Of a stretch of 64,000 nucleotides of DNA, positions 24,201 through 36,900 are shown one piece after another. The notes beneath the pieces are model-generated. The model searched no databases and was not told where the DNA came from. It saw nothing but the letters and a program-made list of their open reading frames with translations. This stretch comes from Phyllobates terribilis (lineage: Eukaryota), in assembly GCF_046119375.1 (NCBI RefSeq), contig NW_027362762.1, forward strand, positions 471,758,001-471,822,000, in the 5' to 3' direction. Made by a program: the position numbers and the translations under genes. Every line of letters starts with the position of its first letter. Position 1 is the first letter of the stretch.

Positions 24201-26935
24201 GGACAGGAGCTAGTTTCATGCGCTATAGACGGTACTATTTGTACAACTGTCATACCGTCGGTTCAGCGTGGATGACTTGAGAACAGAGGAGGAGGAGGAG
24301 AGCATGGTCAGTCGTCCTCTTGGTGAGGACACGGAAGTCTTGCCTGTTAGCAGTCAGGCACGCATGGCTGAGTTTATGTTACGCTGCCTTTCCAATGACC
24401 CTCGCTTTCTCAAAATTTTGGTTGACAGTCATTACTGGTTGGTGACACTTCTAGACTTACGCTACAAGGAGAACTTTGTATCTTATTTCTGAGGTGGACA
24501 GGTCTACAAAAATGGAGCAGTGCCAGAAGGCCCTTGTTGAACTATTAAAAAAAATTCCCATCTGAAAACGCTGGAGGCAGAGGTCATAGTTCGTTGGACA
24601 AACAAGGACTACAGACGAGAGAGACAACTTCAATCCATCAGAGGCAGGGGAACACTGTCAAAGTTCTGGAGAATTTTCTCAGCCCCTTCCAACGCACAAG
24701 CCCTGAGGCACAGGGTACTCTCATAAAGAGTGCAAAGTTTGGGAATTTGCTGAGAAAGTGCCTTGCCGACCGTACCAACATCATCCGTGAGTCCTCTGTG
24801 CCTTTTAATTTTTGGGTATCCAAGGTGGATAAGTGGAATGAACTGGCTCTCTATACCTTGGTCCAGGCCTGCCTGCTGCTAGCGTTTTAGCAGAGCGGGT
24901 TTTTAGTGCCGCTGATGGAATTATAACTGATAAGCGCATCCGCCTGTCAACTGAAAATGCTGACATGCTGACTCTTCTAAAAATGAATAAGGGCTGGATT
25001 GGGCCAGACTTACCACCAAATGATAGCAGCGTAACAAACTCAAATCCAGTGTCTTTTTTTGGGAGATGTATTCCCATGCACCTTTTCACACCCACACATA
25101 GGTATACGCTTCCTGATTTTGTCTATTTGCTCTTGTCCTCCTCCACTACCATATCACCAGGGTGAACGTGGTCCGTGATGCAACACCAACACCCACAATT
25201 TTTTTAAAGGGTGTTGATACTGTATAAATTTTTTTTTTTTTTTTTTTACAGTATGTTCATTTATACCCACGAGGGGTAAATGTTTGTCAGCCCATACCAT
25301 TAGTGCATGAGCATTACAAGTATAGGAGACCGGCTCTTCTAATGGGAACCTTTTTTTTTATGAGGCCCTTCATTTCTCTTCCAAGGGGCATTGGAGTGCC
25401 TCCCAATTTTTGGCAGCCCTTGCATTCACTGCATAGGCCAACACTATGGGAGACCCACTTCCTAATGGGAACATTTAGTCATGAGGCCCTGTACGTCTCT
25501 TGCAAGGGTCATTAGAGTGCCTCCCAAATTTTGGCAGCCCTTGCATTCACTGCATAGGCCAACACTATGGGAGACCCTCTCCTTTCTAATGGGAATTTGT
25601 CGTTACTGTGGCCCTGCTCTATGTGTCTTTAAATTGTTAGTGGGATTTTAACCAAATTTTGGCAGCCCTTACAGTCACAGCATGGGCATTACCACTATAG
25701 AAGACCAGCTCCTTTATAATGGGAACAACAAAACATAGCCGCCTGATGGCTCTCTAACAATAGCAAGGGCCGACTGCTGGCCCTATAAAAATAGGCTTTG
25801 TGACTTTCAGAGTCCCTCCATCAATGAAACAGGATATGTCTGATGAGGTGTCATACACCACATTGTCAGATAAGGATGTAAAATGTTAAAATGACATTTC
25901 CCCGTGAATTAATATGTCTTAAAAAATAACGTAAAAAAAAACAAAACCGTAGGAACTTTCTTTAGTATAAAAACAGTCGCCAATGTAACCTCAATGTAAT
26001 CACATTGTTCAGCTCATGCACCTCCTCCTCCATCTCCGAAATGACCACATCAGTCACAACCTGAAAGCACTGCAGCACTGCCTTGGCCAAGCGGCAACAG
26101 ACTGTGCTGAAGATAACATGTCTAATGCTTAGGTGACAAACCGCCCAGCGCTGCAGAGTTGTTGAAAGCTGTAACATAGCAGCCTGATCTGTGGCTCTCA
26201 CCGCTGAACATACAGCGAGGCATGGTTGTGTGTGACAATGAGCGGAACCTGGTGATGGAAAAATGACAGCCAGAGTAGATACCTTTTCCCTGTATGCCAG
26301 TCCTTACACCGAGCTAAAGAAAATGGCTGTGGTGAAATACAACTCCCACTGAGAAGTTGTTTCAGATTGAAAAACATTGGGCCCACCAGAGGATTTGATT
26401 CTGAGGGCTCACCTTACTCCCCAGCTCAAGAGCCCCATAGCAGCTGCAAAGTTAGTGCTATCCTGAACTCTCCTGATGTAGAAGCCAGGGCACAGAGGAT
26501 TCTCTGGTGGGACTGTCCAACCCTGCCGAGAAGCAGTCCTGGCTAAGAAAAGTCTGGGAAGGTTCCCGGAAACTATGGCTGCTTTTTTACAGAGGTGGAA
26601 ACCACATAAACACAGGGAGAACATATAAAGTCCTTGCTTCAGTGCTAACCACTGATCCAATGTGCTGCCGTTCACCCTCTGATATCTTACAGGCTGGAGA
26701 AACTTGCACCTACTGCCACTCTATCTTCAGCTCCTTTGTGAGAAACTAATGTATTTGGGCAGCCAGTGTACCAAATAAAATTCCCGATAAAGAAATTGGG
26801 GATGGCTTCGTTACTGGTACTGGGGTCAGTGCTAATACCATGGCGTCGTAACATAGATAACTGGAAATATTCTATCCTGGTAGGAGGCAAGCAGATTCCC
26901 ACAGAAAAGTACCAGCAGTAATGTTCAGGGACCCC
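21290..26935 (+). mobile_element. hAT copy E: 5' TIR, near full-length pseudogenised transposase (~22041-25030), 3' subterminal repeats, then cargo
   Basis: TIR TAGCTATCAGCGAGC at 21290. MGKARGKG start at 22041. BED finger in ORF 22417-23064 (CTTCQASI...MIRHMAAKH). C-terminal ERVFSA...TDKRIRLSTENA..LTLLKMN at ~24890-24990. ~119-bp repeats at 25390-25630. Confidence 0.92.
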
Positions 26936-28340
26936 ACGCTTGTAGAAGGCGGAGACAACACCAGAAGAAATAGTGGCGGCTAGGGACAGAGTATGGACAC
27001 GAGGCATGAGGTTGTGAAAAGCTTCCACCTCCATGAGCTTAAAAGGCCACATTTCAAGCGCAAGCAGCTGCCCAGAAATCTGGCTGTTTAATATTGCGGC
27101 CTGTAGGAGGGTGGGTGGTGGCATACTTGTGCTTGCATTCCAATAGAAAACTAAGCAGATGGTGGCCTCCATCATCAGCATCGCCTCTCCTCAGCACTAT
27201 GTACTCTCCTGAAGGAGAAGCCAAGGCCCACCGGAGGAGTCTCCGGCTCTCTGGTGGGTCCATCCAACCCTGCCGAGAAGCAGCCCTGGCTAAGAAAAGT
27301 GTGGGGAAAGGTTCCCGGACACTCTATGGCTGCTTTTTTATTGTGGATTGGATGTGCTTATGCATGTTATTTCTCAAACCGCATTGCAGATCAGGCCATT
27401 GCCCAACTCTAGTCATGAAATTAAATGCGCAAAGAAAGATGTTTGTGTGTCAAAGCACCACCGACAAGTGCGAGGTGATGTTGGACAGACTGCCATTGCT
27501 TCTGCAACACGCTGCATTAGAGGACTTCCTGGGAGAAACGACACCCAGAGTAGATACAGTTTCCCTCTATGACTGTTCTTTCACTGAGCTAAAGAATATG
27601 GCTGTGGTGAAATACAACTCAGCAAAAAAAGCTGTTGACTGGCTCCATACCATCCCTGGCCACAATCACCTGTCCACATGTTTGTGGTTAGGCGGTTCTT
27701 CCCAGTAAGTGCACTGTGGAGGGCACGGGTAATGTTATGGGACCCGTGCTTGTGGAAGGCGGAGATTATACCGGGAGAAATTGTGGCGGCTGGTGACTGA
27801 GTATGGAAACCCGGCTGCCGCAGCATGAGGTTGTGAAAAGATTCCTCCTCCATGAGCCTAAAAGGCCACATTTCAAGTGAAAGCAGCTTTAGAGGACTTC
27901 CTGGAGAAATGACAGCTGGAGTAGATATGATTTCCCAAGTTGTTTCAGCAAGCTAAAGAATGTGTCTGTGGTGAAATACAACTCATCAAAAAAAGCTGTG
28001 GACTGGCTCTGTACCGTCCCTGGCCACATTCACTTTACCATGTGTTTGTGGGTAGGCGGTCCTTCCCATTAAGTGCACTGGGGAGGGCACGGGTAATGTT
28101 CTGGGACCCGTGCTTGTGGAAGGCAGAGGCGATACCGGGAAATTTAGTGGCGGCTGGGGACCGAGTAAGGATACCTGGTCGCTGTCACCATAAGATTATG
28201 GACAGCTTCCGCCTCCACGAGCCTAAAAGGACACATTTCAAGTGCAAGCAGCTGTCAAAATTTGGTAGTATAGTATTGCAGCCTGTGGGTGGGTAGCTGG
28301 CTGCATACTTGCGCTTGCATGCCAAGGAATGGGGCAGGTA
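26936..28340 (-). mobile_element. Mosaic of D/J-type hAT transposase fragments interleaved with repeated unidentified cargo segments
   Basis: The same EMWPF(R/K)LME.E.FHNLM segment occurs three times (~27010-27110, ~27820-27890, ~28190-28270). The cargo motif GAGTAGATA...GCTAAAGAA...GCTGTGGTGAAATACAACTC occurs at ~27545 and ~27915. Confidence 0.8.
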
Positions 28341-29194
28341 TGTGGCGCCCTGCTGTGCACTGGTGCCACAGAACTCAGAAGGGTGCATGGATGGACTTCT
28401 CCACAAGAGGCCCTCACACCTTCACACATCTCCACCCTACCACCTCACACCAGCAGAGGGAGCCCGTTAGGGATATATATAGGGAGGGTGGAGCTAGGCA
28501 GCTCAGTGTTCAGAGTTGGAGTTAGTAGTTAGTCTCTCAGAGAGAGCGTTCTGACGCTCAGACAGCAGCGAAGAGGCAGCACGCTGGCTGCTGTGCTTAG
28601 GCGAGCCAAGGCCTACAGCACGAGTGAAGGCCTAGTGAGGGCCCTGAGTGTGGCCGAAGGAGAGAGAAGGAAGAAGTAGCGAGGGGGCAAAGGAGCATAC
28701 CAGGCTCACCCCAAAATATATAAAGGACACCGGTCCGCTCCTACAGGGTCCCTTTATACCCAGTAGGGACCATCTGAACCCCTGGAGGACTACAGGTCCC
28801 AGGTTTACAAAACGCTGACTACAGTACCAGGGCTAGGAGTCACGGAGGCCCCAGCATCCAGGGAGAGTGATCTCCAGGAAAAGGCCCTACCACCACGTCA
28901 GCAGGTAAGAGAGAGAGACAGTAACCAAGCTAGGCCTTGCTCCAGGCAGGTCAGAAGCTTAGTGAGTAAAGTTAGGTATCAGGAGGCCCTATACTCGCTC
29001 ACTGGGGAGAGTCCAAAAGTGCACACTTCATCCGGAGAACCCTGGACCGTGCCGGCATCATCACCAGTAAAGGTACTGAAGCTTACCCCCGTGTGAGTGT
29101 CCGTCTTTCCTCCGGGACCGTCCTGCCATCTCTCCCTTGCACCACCATCCATTACATCCCACGCTGCCCTGAGGCCCGCTTCATGTGTGGGGAG
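28341..29194. mobile_element. LTR-like sequence, truncated by element C
   Basis: Starts TGTGGCGCCC and interrupts a hAT fragment. Its last bases (TGTGGGGAG) align with an internal segment of the LTR at 61425-62817 (CTGTGGGGAGCAG, ~62528). Confidence 0.65.
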
Positions 29195-31999
29195 TAGAGA
29201 TGAGCGGTGTTCGACTAGAACTGTTAGCCAATCGCAAATTCGAGCTGTTTTGGGCGGTGTTCGAGTCGTTCGACGAACGCAAATGATTTGCAAAAAATTT
29301 GGCTGTTCGAGGTTATGTTCGATAAATGTTCGTGCACCAAAAGCGTGTCCTGCATGTCTGGCACTATTTAGAGCACCAATCATGCAGGGATTGTCTGCCA
29401 CTCACTGTAATGCCACAGCAAAGGTGGTTGTGGCATTACAGTGGTTGCCCAAATCGATGGGAACAGTGCTCACAGTGAAACAAGAAAAGCCGGCAATTCA
29501 GCAGCGGCATACACTGGTACCTGACAATTTAGAACAGATATAATAGAGCATCACACATAGATTAGATACATAGAAACATGTCAGTCACATATATAAGAAG
29601 TACAGTGACAATGTTGATTACTGTACTTGTCATTTAGTGTTAAAGGATTTATTAAAATAAATATTAGTGTTTTCATGCACAGTCTCTTTTAAAAAGCTGG
29701 CCGGCAATTCAGCATCGGTATCCGACAATTTATAACAGAAAGAATAGAGCATCACACATAGATTAGATACATAGAAACATGTCAGTCACATATATAAGAA
29801 GTACAGCGATAGTGTTGATTACTGTACTTGTCATTTAGTGTTAAAATAAAGGATTTATTAAAAAAAAAAATTGGGGTGGGGTTCCCCGTAATTTTAGTCT
29901 CTAGCGGAGGTTAAGCAGACGACTGGGGCAGATGTTTGAAGCCAGGGAAGTGGGTAATACCCACGGAGCTTCCCAGGCTACTAATAGAAGCCCCCAGCTG
30001 AATACCTAGCCTTTACTAGCTATTAAAATGGGGGACCCCCCAAAAAATGACGTGGGGTCCCCCTTATTTTAATAGCTAGCAAAGGCTAGGCAGACAGCTG
30101 GGGGCTAATATTAATAGCCCAGTTAGGGTGCCATGAATATTGGCCCCCTCCCAGGCTAGAAACACCAGCCGTCAGCAGCCCCAGAAATGGCGCATCCATA
30201 GGATGCGCCAATTCTGGCACTTAGCCTCGCTCTTCCCACTGCCCTGTAGCGGTGGCAGTGGGGTAATAGGGTTGGGGTTGATGTCAGCTTATAATGCCAG
30301 CTGACATCAAGCCCAGGTTAGTAATGGAGAGGCGTCTATAAGACACCCCCATTACTAACCCCATAGTCAAAGATGAAAAAAAAACAAACACCCAGAATAA
30401 AGTCCTTTAATTGAAATAAACACACATTTCTTTATTGTTCTAAATTAAACCATACTTACCATCACGCCCATTCCAGCTGAAGCCAATGTCTTCTGCAATA
30501 AAGTAAAATAATAAAGCAACGTCATCCTTACCTTTCCATGGTTCCCACGACAGCTTCAGCTCTGCTACATTCACATGACAGGCTGAATCGCAGCCGAAAG
30601 CTGCCATCCAGCTTGCCATGCCGCAGACACTGAGAAGCGCAGGCATTCTTGTGCTCCTCAGTGTCTCGCTGTGACGGCATAAAGATGAGCCGAGGTCATG
30701 TCTAATGAACTCAGCTCACCTCATGCACGTCACTGACAGCGTGGGAGAATTGCCTGCGCTCTGCAGTATCTATGAAGGATGGCATGCTGGATGGCAGCAC
30801 TCAGCTGCCATCCAGCCTGTCATCTCAATGCCATCCCAGCGTGGGAGAATTCTCCTGCTCAAGCGCTGAGCGCAGGAGAATTTTCCCATGCTGTCAGTGA
30901 CGTGCATAAGGTGAGCAGAGTTCATTGGACATGACCTCGGCTCATCTGGATGCTGTCACAGCGAGACACTGAGGAGCGCAAGCATGCCTGCGCTTCTCAG
31001 TGTCTGTGGCGTGGCAAGCTGGATAGCAGCTTTCGGCTGCGATCCAGCCTGTCAAGTCAATGTAGCAGAGCTGAAGCTGTCGTGGGAACCATGAAAAAGG
31101 TAAGGATGATGTTGCATTATTATTTTAATTTTATTGCAGAAGACATTGGCTTCAGCTGGAATGGGCGTGGTGGTAAGTATGGTTTAATTTAGAACATTAA
31201 AAAATTGTGTGTTTATTTCAATTAAAGGACTTTATTCTGGGTGTTGTGTTTTTTTAAATACTTTACTAGAAATTCATGGTGGTCATGTCTAATATTGGCG
31301 TGACCCCATGAATTTCGGGCTCAGGGCCAGCTGATAATGCCTAGCTGGCCCTAACCCCTTTATTACTCAGTGAGCCACTGCACCAGGGCCCTGGATGAGT
31401 TGGGTACAGCGCCAGAAGATGGCGCTTCTATGAACTCGCCATTTTCTGGGGTGGCTGCAGACTGCAATTTGCAGCCGGGAGGGGGGCCCAGAAAGCTTGG
31501 GCCTCCCTACGCTGCGGATTCCAGCCCCCAGCTGCCTAGTTGTACCTGGCTGGACACAAAAATAGGGCGAAGCCCCACGTATTTTTTTTTTTAATTATTT
31601 CATGATATTCATGAAATAAAAAAAAAAAAGGGTTACCTATATTGTTGCGTCCGGCCAAGTACAAATAGGCATCTGGTGGTTGGGGGCAGCCCGTTCCTGG
31701 ATGCTCTACCTGGCTGGCATACAAAAATATGGCGAAGCCCACGTCAAAATTTTTGGGAAAAATTAATTAAAAAAAAAAAATTATAATTTAGTGACTGCAT
31801 CTTTATTAACCCCTCTCGTGGAGGGGTTAATAAAGAAGCAGTCCCTAAATGTGTTTTTTTTTTTATTGAATTTTTCACCAAAAATTTGACGTGGCCTTCG
31901 TCCTATTTATGTGTCCAGCCAGGTACAGCAGGCAGGAACGGGCTGCCCCCAACCACCAGTTGCCTATTAGTACCTGGCCGGACTCAACAATATAGGGAA

Positions 32000-32035
<36 letters not shown>

Positions 32036-33913
32036 ATTTCATGAATTTCATTAAATAATTAGAAAAAAAATACGTGGGGCTTCACCCTATTTTTGTGTTC
32101 AACCAGGTACATCTAGGCAGCTGGGGGCTGGAATCCGCAGCGCAGGGAGGCCCAAGCTTTCTGGGGCCCCCCCCCGGCTGCAAATTGCAGTCCGCAGCCA
32201 CCCCATAAAATGGCGCGTTCATATTAGCGCCATCTTCTGGTGCTGTACCCAACTCATCCAGGGCCCTGGTGCGGTGGCTCACTGGGTAATAAAGGGGTTA
32301 GGGCCAGCTTGGCATTATCAGCTGGCCCTAAGCCCGAAATTCATGGGGTCACGCCAATATTAGACATGACCGCCATGAATTTCTAGTAAAGTATTTAAAA
32401 AAACACAACACCCAGAATAAAGACATTTAATTTAAATAAACACACAATTCTTTAATGTTCTAAATTAAACCATATTTACCATCACACCCATTCCAGCTGA
32501 AGCCAACGATCTCCTGCTATAAAAGTAAAATAATAAAGCAACCTCATCCTTACCTTTCCATGGTTCCCATGACAGCTTCAGCTCTGCTACATTGACATGA
32601 GAGGCTGGATCGCAGCCGAAAGCTGCTATCCAGCTTGCCACGCCACAGACACTGAGAAGCACAGGCATGCTTGCGCTCCTCAGTGTCTCGCTGTGACGGC
32701 ATCCAGATGAGCCGAGGTCATGTCCAATATACTCGGCTCACCTCATACACGTCACTGACAGCGTGGGAAAATTCAAATCTGCTATCCAATTAATAACCTG
32801 TTCACACTGATCAGTTCGCAATACTGGTGTTGTAGTGTGGTTCCCTAGTAATTCGGTCAAGAAGTGAGAGCGAGAAGATGTGGCTGTTGGTTGTTTCACA
32901 TTGTCACCTTGGCCACGGCCCCGTCCTCTACATGCACCATCACCAGAACGTCCAGTTCCACGTCCCTTGCCACGCACCTTGCCCATTGTAAATTAAGTAA
33001 AATAGCTTACACTCGCACTATCAATGGAAAAAGGGTAATAAAAAGGAGATCAGAACCGTGGAAGAGGAAAACCACAGTTATGTTTTTCTGGCCTACACCA
33101 GAATCTTTCAAACAGATATATTTGTGTCTGAACAATCAGGGAGACACTATTACGGTTTTTCTTTACGGAAAAAATTCCAAAAAAAGGATAATACAGAGAC
33201 TTGACCCGTGGAACTGCAAAACCACAGTTATAGTTGTGGCATACACCAGACTCTTTTAAACAGATATATTGGTGTTGTTTTTGGGGGGGGATACCAAAAG
33301 GTTAATAAGACGCGTATTTGGACAGTCTGACTGAGGAAAAAATAAATGCAGGATTTAGATGAAAAAAATAATTTTTCCTGGCCCCTGAGACCGGGGTGAT
33401 AAGTCTACCAATTTGACCAACAGGAGCACACAGGACTGTAATGCAGTGTTTGCTGGTATGACCACTGCGTCTCCTATACAGCCTGCATGCCTGATATCTG
33501 GGAAAGATATTAGTCCTGAGAAGGACAGTTTGTTTGATTTGGCAGGCTTTAGAGACCCGACACTAACTATTTCGGAGTATAAATCTCTCCCTAGCTCAGC
33601 AGCACTTACCCTACATTGTCTGATCCGGAGCGACTGTGTCCAAGATGGCGGCGCCCAGTTTTAAATATTCGAGGTGATGCTGTGCAGCCAGCTAATCACT
33701 GAAATGCCCACAAACAACATGGCTGCGGCATTCCAGTGACTGGCTGGCAATCCCTGCATGTTCATTGGCTCTGTAAAGAGCACCAAACGTGCAGGGCGGA
33801 GACCCGAGCTCCCGTCCGAGTAACCCGGAAATGCTCGGTGCTCACCGAACATCCTGAGTAGTGAGATGGTCGGGTGAGTACCGAGCAGTGTCGAGCATGC
33901 TCTCTCAACACTA
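29195..33913. mobile_element. Element C: composite hAT-ended element made of B-family fold-back modules, a second hairpin and the 5' end of an I-type hAT
   Basis: Left TIR TAGAGATGAGC at 29195 and right end CTCTCTCAACACTA at 33913. Hairpin centres at ~30790 and ~31818. 32770-33913 is an I-type transposase start (MGKVRGKGRG, ORF 32738-32986) plus its 5' subterminal region. No matching TSD was seen. Confidence 0.85.
29491..29860 (+). repeat. ~205-bp tandem duplication in the left arm of C
   Basis: CCGGCAATTCAGCA...TAGAGCATCACACATAGATTAGATACATAGAAACATG occurs at ~29491 and ~29701. Confidence 0.85.
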
Positions 33914-36900
33914 CTGCTGGTACTGTTCTGTGGGAATCTGCTTGCCTCCTACCAGCCTGTAATATTTCCAGTGAACTATGGTACGATGACATGGTATTAG
34001 CACTGCCCCCAGTACCAGTAGCGAAGCCATTCCCAATTTCCTTCCAAAGAATTTTATTTGGTAGAGTGAGTGGCTGCCCAAATATATTTGTTTCTCACGA
34101 AGGAGCTGAAGATAGAGTGGCAGTAGGTGCAAGTTTCTCCAGCCTGTTAGATATCAGATGGTGAACGGCAGCACATTGGATCAGTGGTTAACATTGAAGC
34201 CATGCAGCGCTGGGATCCTGGGTTCAAATTCCAGTAAGGACAACATCTGCAAGGACTTTGTATGTTCTCCCCGTGTTTGCGTGGGTTTCCACCTCAGTAA
34301 AAAAGCAGCCATAGTTGTCTGGGAACCTTCCCACACACTTTTCTTAGCCAGAACTGCTTGTCGGCAGGGTTGGACGGTCTCACCAGAGAATCCTCTGGTG
34401 TGCCCTGGCTTCTACATCAGGAGAGTTCATGATAGCGCTAACTTTGCAGCTGCTATAGGGCTCTTGAGCAGGGAAGAAAGATGAGCCCTCAGAATCAAAT
34501 CATTTGGTGGGCCCAATGTTTTTCAACCTGAAACAGCTTCTCAGTTGGAGTTGTATTTCACCTCAGCCATATTCTTTAGCTCGGTGAAAGGACTGGCATA
34601 GAGGGAAACCGTATCTACTGTCGGATGTCATTTCGCCGGCACCAGGTTCCGCCATTGTCACACACAACCATGGCTGGCTGTATGTTCAGCGGTGAGAGCC
34701 ACAGATCAGGCTGCTATGTTACAGCTTTCAACAACTCTGCAGCGCTGGGCAGTTTGTCACCTAAGCATTAAGCATGTTATCTTCAGCACAGCCTGTTGCT
34801 GCTTGGCCAAGGCAGTGCTTTCAGCTTGTGACTGATGTGGTCATTTCAGAGATGGAGGAGGAGGTGCAGGAGCTGAACAATGTGATTACATTGAGGTTAC
34901 ATTGGCGACTGTTTTTATACTAAAGAAAGATCCTAATGTTTGTTTTTTACGACAAATGCATTCACTGGGAAATGTCATTTTAACATTTTATAACCTTATC
35001 TGGCAATGTGGTGTGTGACACATCAGACACATCCTGTTTCCTTTATGATGGATGGACTCTGAAAGTCACAAAGCCTATTATTATAGGGCCATCAGGCGGC
35101 CCTTACTTTTCTTAAAAGGCCAGCAGTCGGCCCTCGCTATTAGAGAGCCATCAGCCAGCTATGCTTTATTGTTCCCATTATTAACGAGTGGGTCTCCTAT
35201 ACTGTTATTGTGTATGCAGTGACTGCAATGGCTGCCAAAAATTCGGATGCAACCTAATACTCCTTTTAAGAGACAGAGGAGGGTCTCAGTAAATATAAAG
35301 TTCCCATTATAAAGGAGTGGGTCTCCTAAAGTGGTAATGCCCATGCTGTGACTGCAAGGGCTGCCAAAATTTTGGAAAAACCTGACTAAGAATTTAAAGA
35401 CACATAGAGCAGGGCCACAGTAACAAATACGACATGTTCCCATTAGAAAGGAGAGCGTCTGCTATACAGTTATAGGGTATGCAGCGAGTCCAACAGCTAA
35501 CCAAATTTAGGAAAAATCCCTCTAAGAATTTAAAGACAGAGAGCAGGGCCACAGTAACGACAAATTCCCATTAGAAAGGAGAGGGTCTACCATAGTGTTG
35601 GTCTATGCAGTGAATGTAAGGGCTGCCAAAAATTGTGAGGCACTCCAATGCACCATGGAAGAGACGTACAGGGCCTCATAAAAAAAATGTTCCCATTAGA
35701 AAGGAGTGGGTCTCCTATACTTGTAATGCCCATGCACTAAGTGTATGGGCTGACAAATATTTACCCCTGGGAGTATACATGAACATACTGTATAATTTTA
35801 TTTTTAGGGGCGTAAAACACCCTTTAAAAAAATTATGTGGGTGTTGCATCACGGACCACGGTCACCCTGGTGATATGGTGGTGGAGGATGAGGAGAAGGA
35901 GGAGGACAAAAGCAAATAGCCAAATTCAGGAAGCGTATACCCATATGTGGGTGTAAAAGGTGCAAGGGAATACACCTCCCAAGAAAAGACACTGGATTGG
36001 AGTTTATGTTACGCTGGTATCATTCGGTGGTGTTGAGAAGTCTGGCCCAATCCAGCCCTTGTTCATTTTTATAAGAGTCAGCCTGTCAGCATTTTCAGTT
36101 GACAGGCGGATGCGCTTATCAGTTATAATTCCACCAGCGGCACTAAAAACCCGCTCTGCTATAATGCTGGTGGCAGAGCAGGCCAGGACCTCCAAGGCGT
36201 AGAGAGACAGTTCATTCCACGTATGCAGCTTGGATACCCAATAATTAGAAGGCACAGAGAAATCAAGGAGGACGTTGGTACTGTTTGCAAGGTACTCTCT
36301 CAGCATCTTCCCAAACTTTGCACTCCTTGTGAGAGTACCCCACACCTCAGGGCTTGTGCGATGGGAGGGGCTGACAAAATTCTCCCAGAACTTTGACAGT
36401 GTTCTCCTGCCTCTGCTGGATTGGAGTTGTCTCTCTCTCATCTGTAGTCCTTGGTGGTCCAAGGAACTATGACCTCTGCCACAAGCGTTTTCAGATGGGA
36501 ATTTAATAGGACCACAACAAGGGCCTTCTGGTACTGCCCCATTTTTGTAGACCGGTCCGCCTCAGGAATAAGAGATATAAAGTTCTTCTTGTAGCGTGGG
36601 TCTAGAAGTGTCACCAACCAGCAATGACTGTCACTCAAAATTTTGAGAACGCGAGGATCATGGGAAAGGCAGCTTAAACTCAGCCATGCGTGCCTGACTG
36701 CTAACAGGCAAGACTTCCGTGTCCTCACCAAGAGGATGACTGACCATGCTCTCCTCTTCCTCTCTGTCCTCTGGCCATCCACGCTGAACAGACGGTATGA
36801 CTGTTGTGCAGGTAGTACCGTCTATAGCGCATGAAACTAGCTCCTGTTCTTCCTCCTCCTCTTGCTCCTCATCGTCACCCAATCCATGAGATGATCACAC

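Noticed and set aside
30380-32770. Long hairpins as assembly artefacts
   Set aside because: The arms differ by scattered substitutions and indels, and the same core recurs in B with a TSD. Long-read confirmation is still advisable.
33913-34140. RT-like motif (WYDDMVL) or RNase H-like stretch in the cargo ORF 33874-34164
   Set aside because: The motif is not preserved in the sister copy at ~26690-26935 and no other RT motifs are present, so the cargo is left unidentified.
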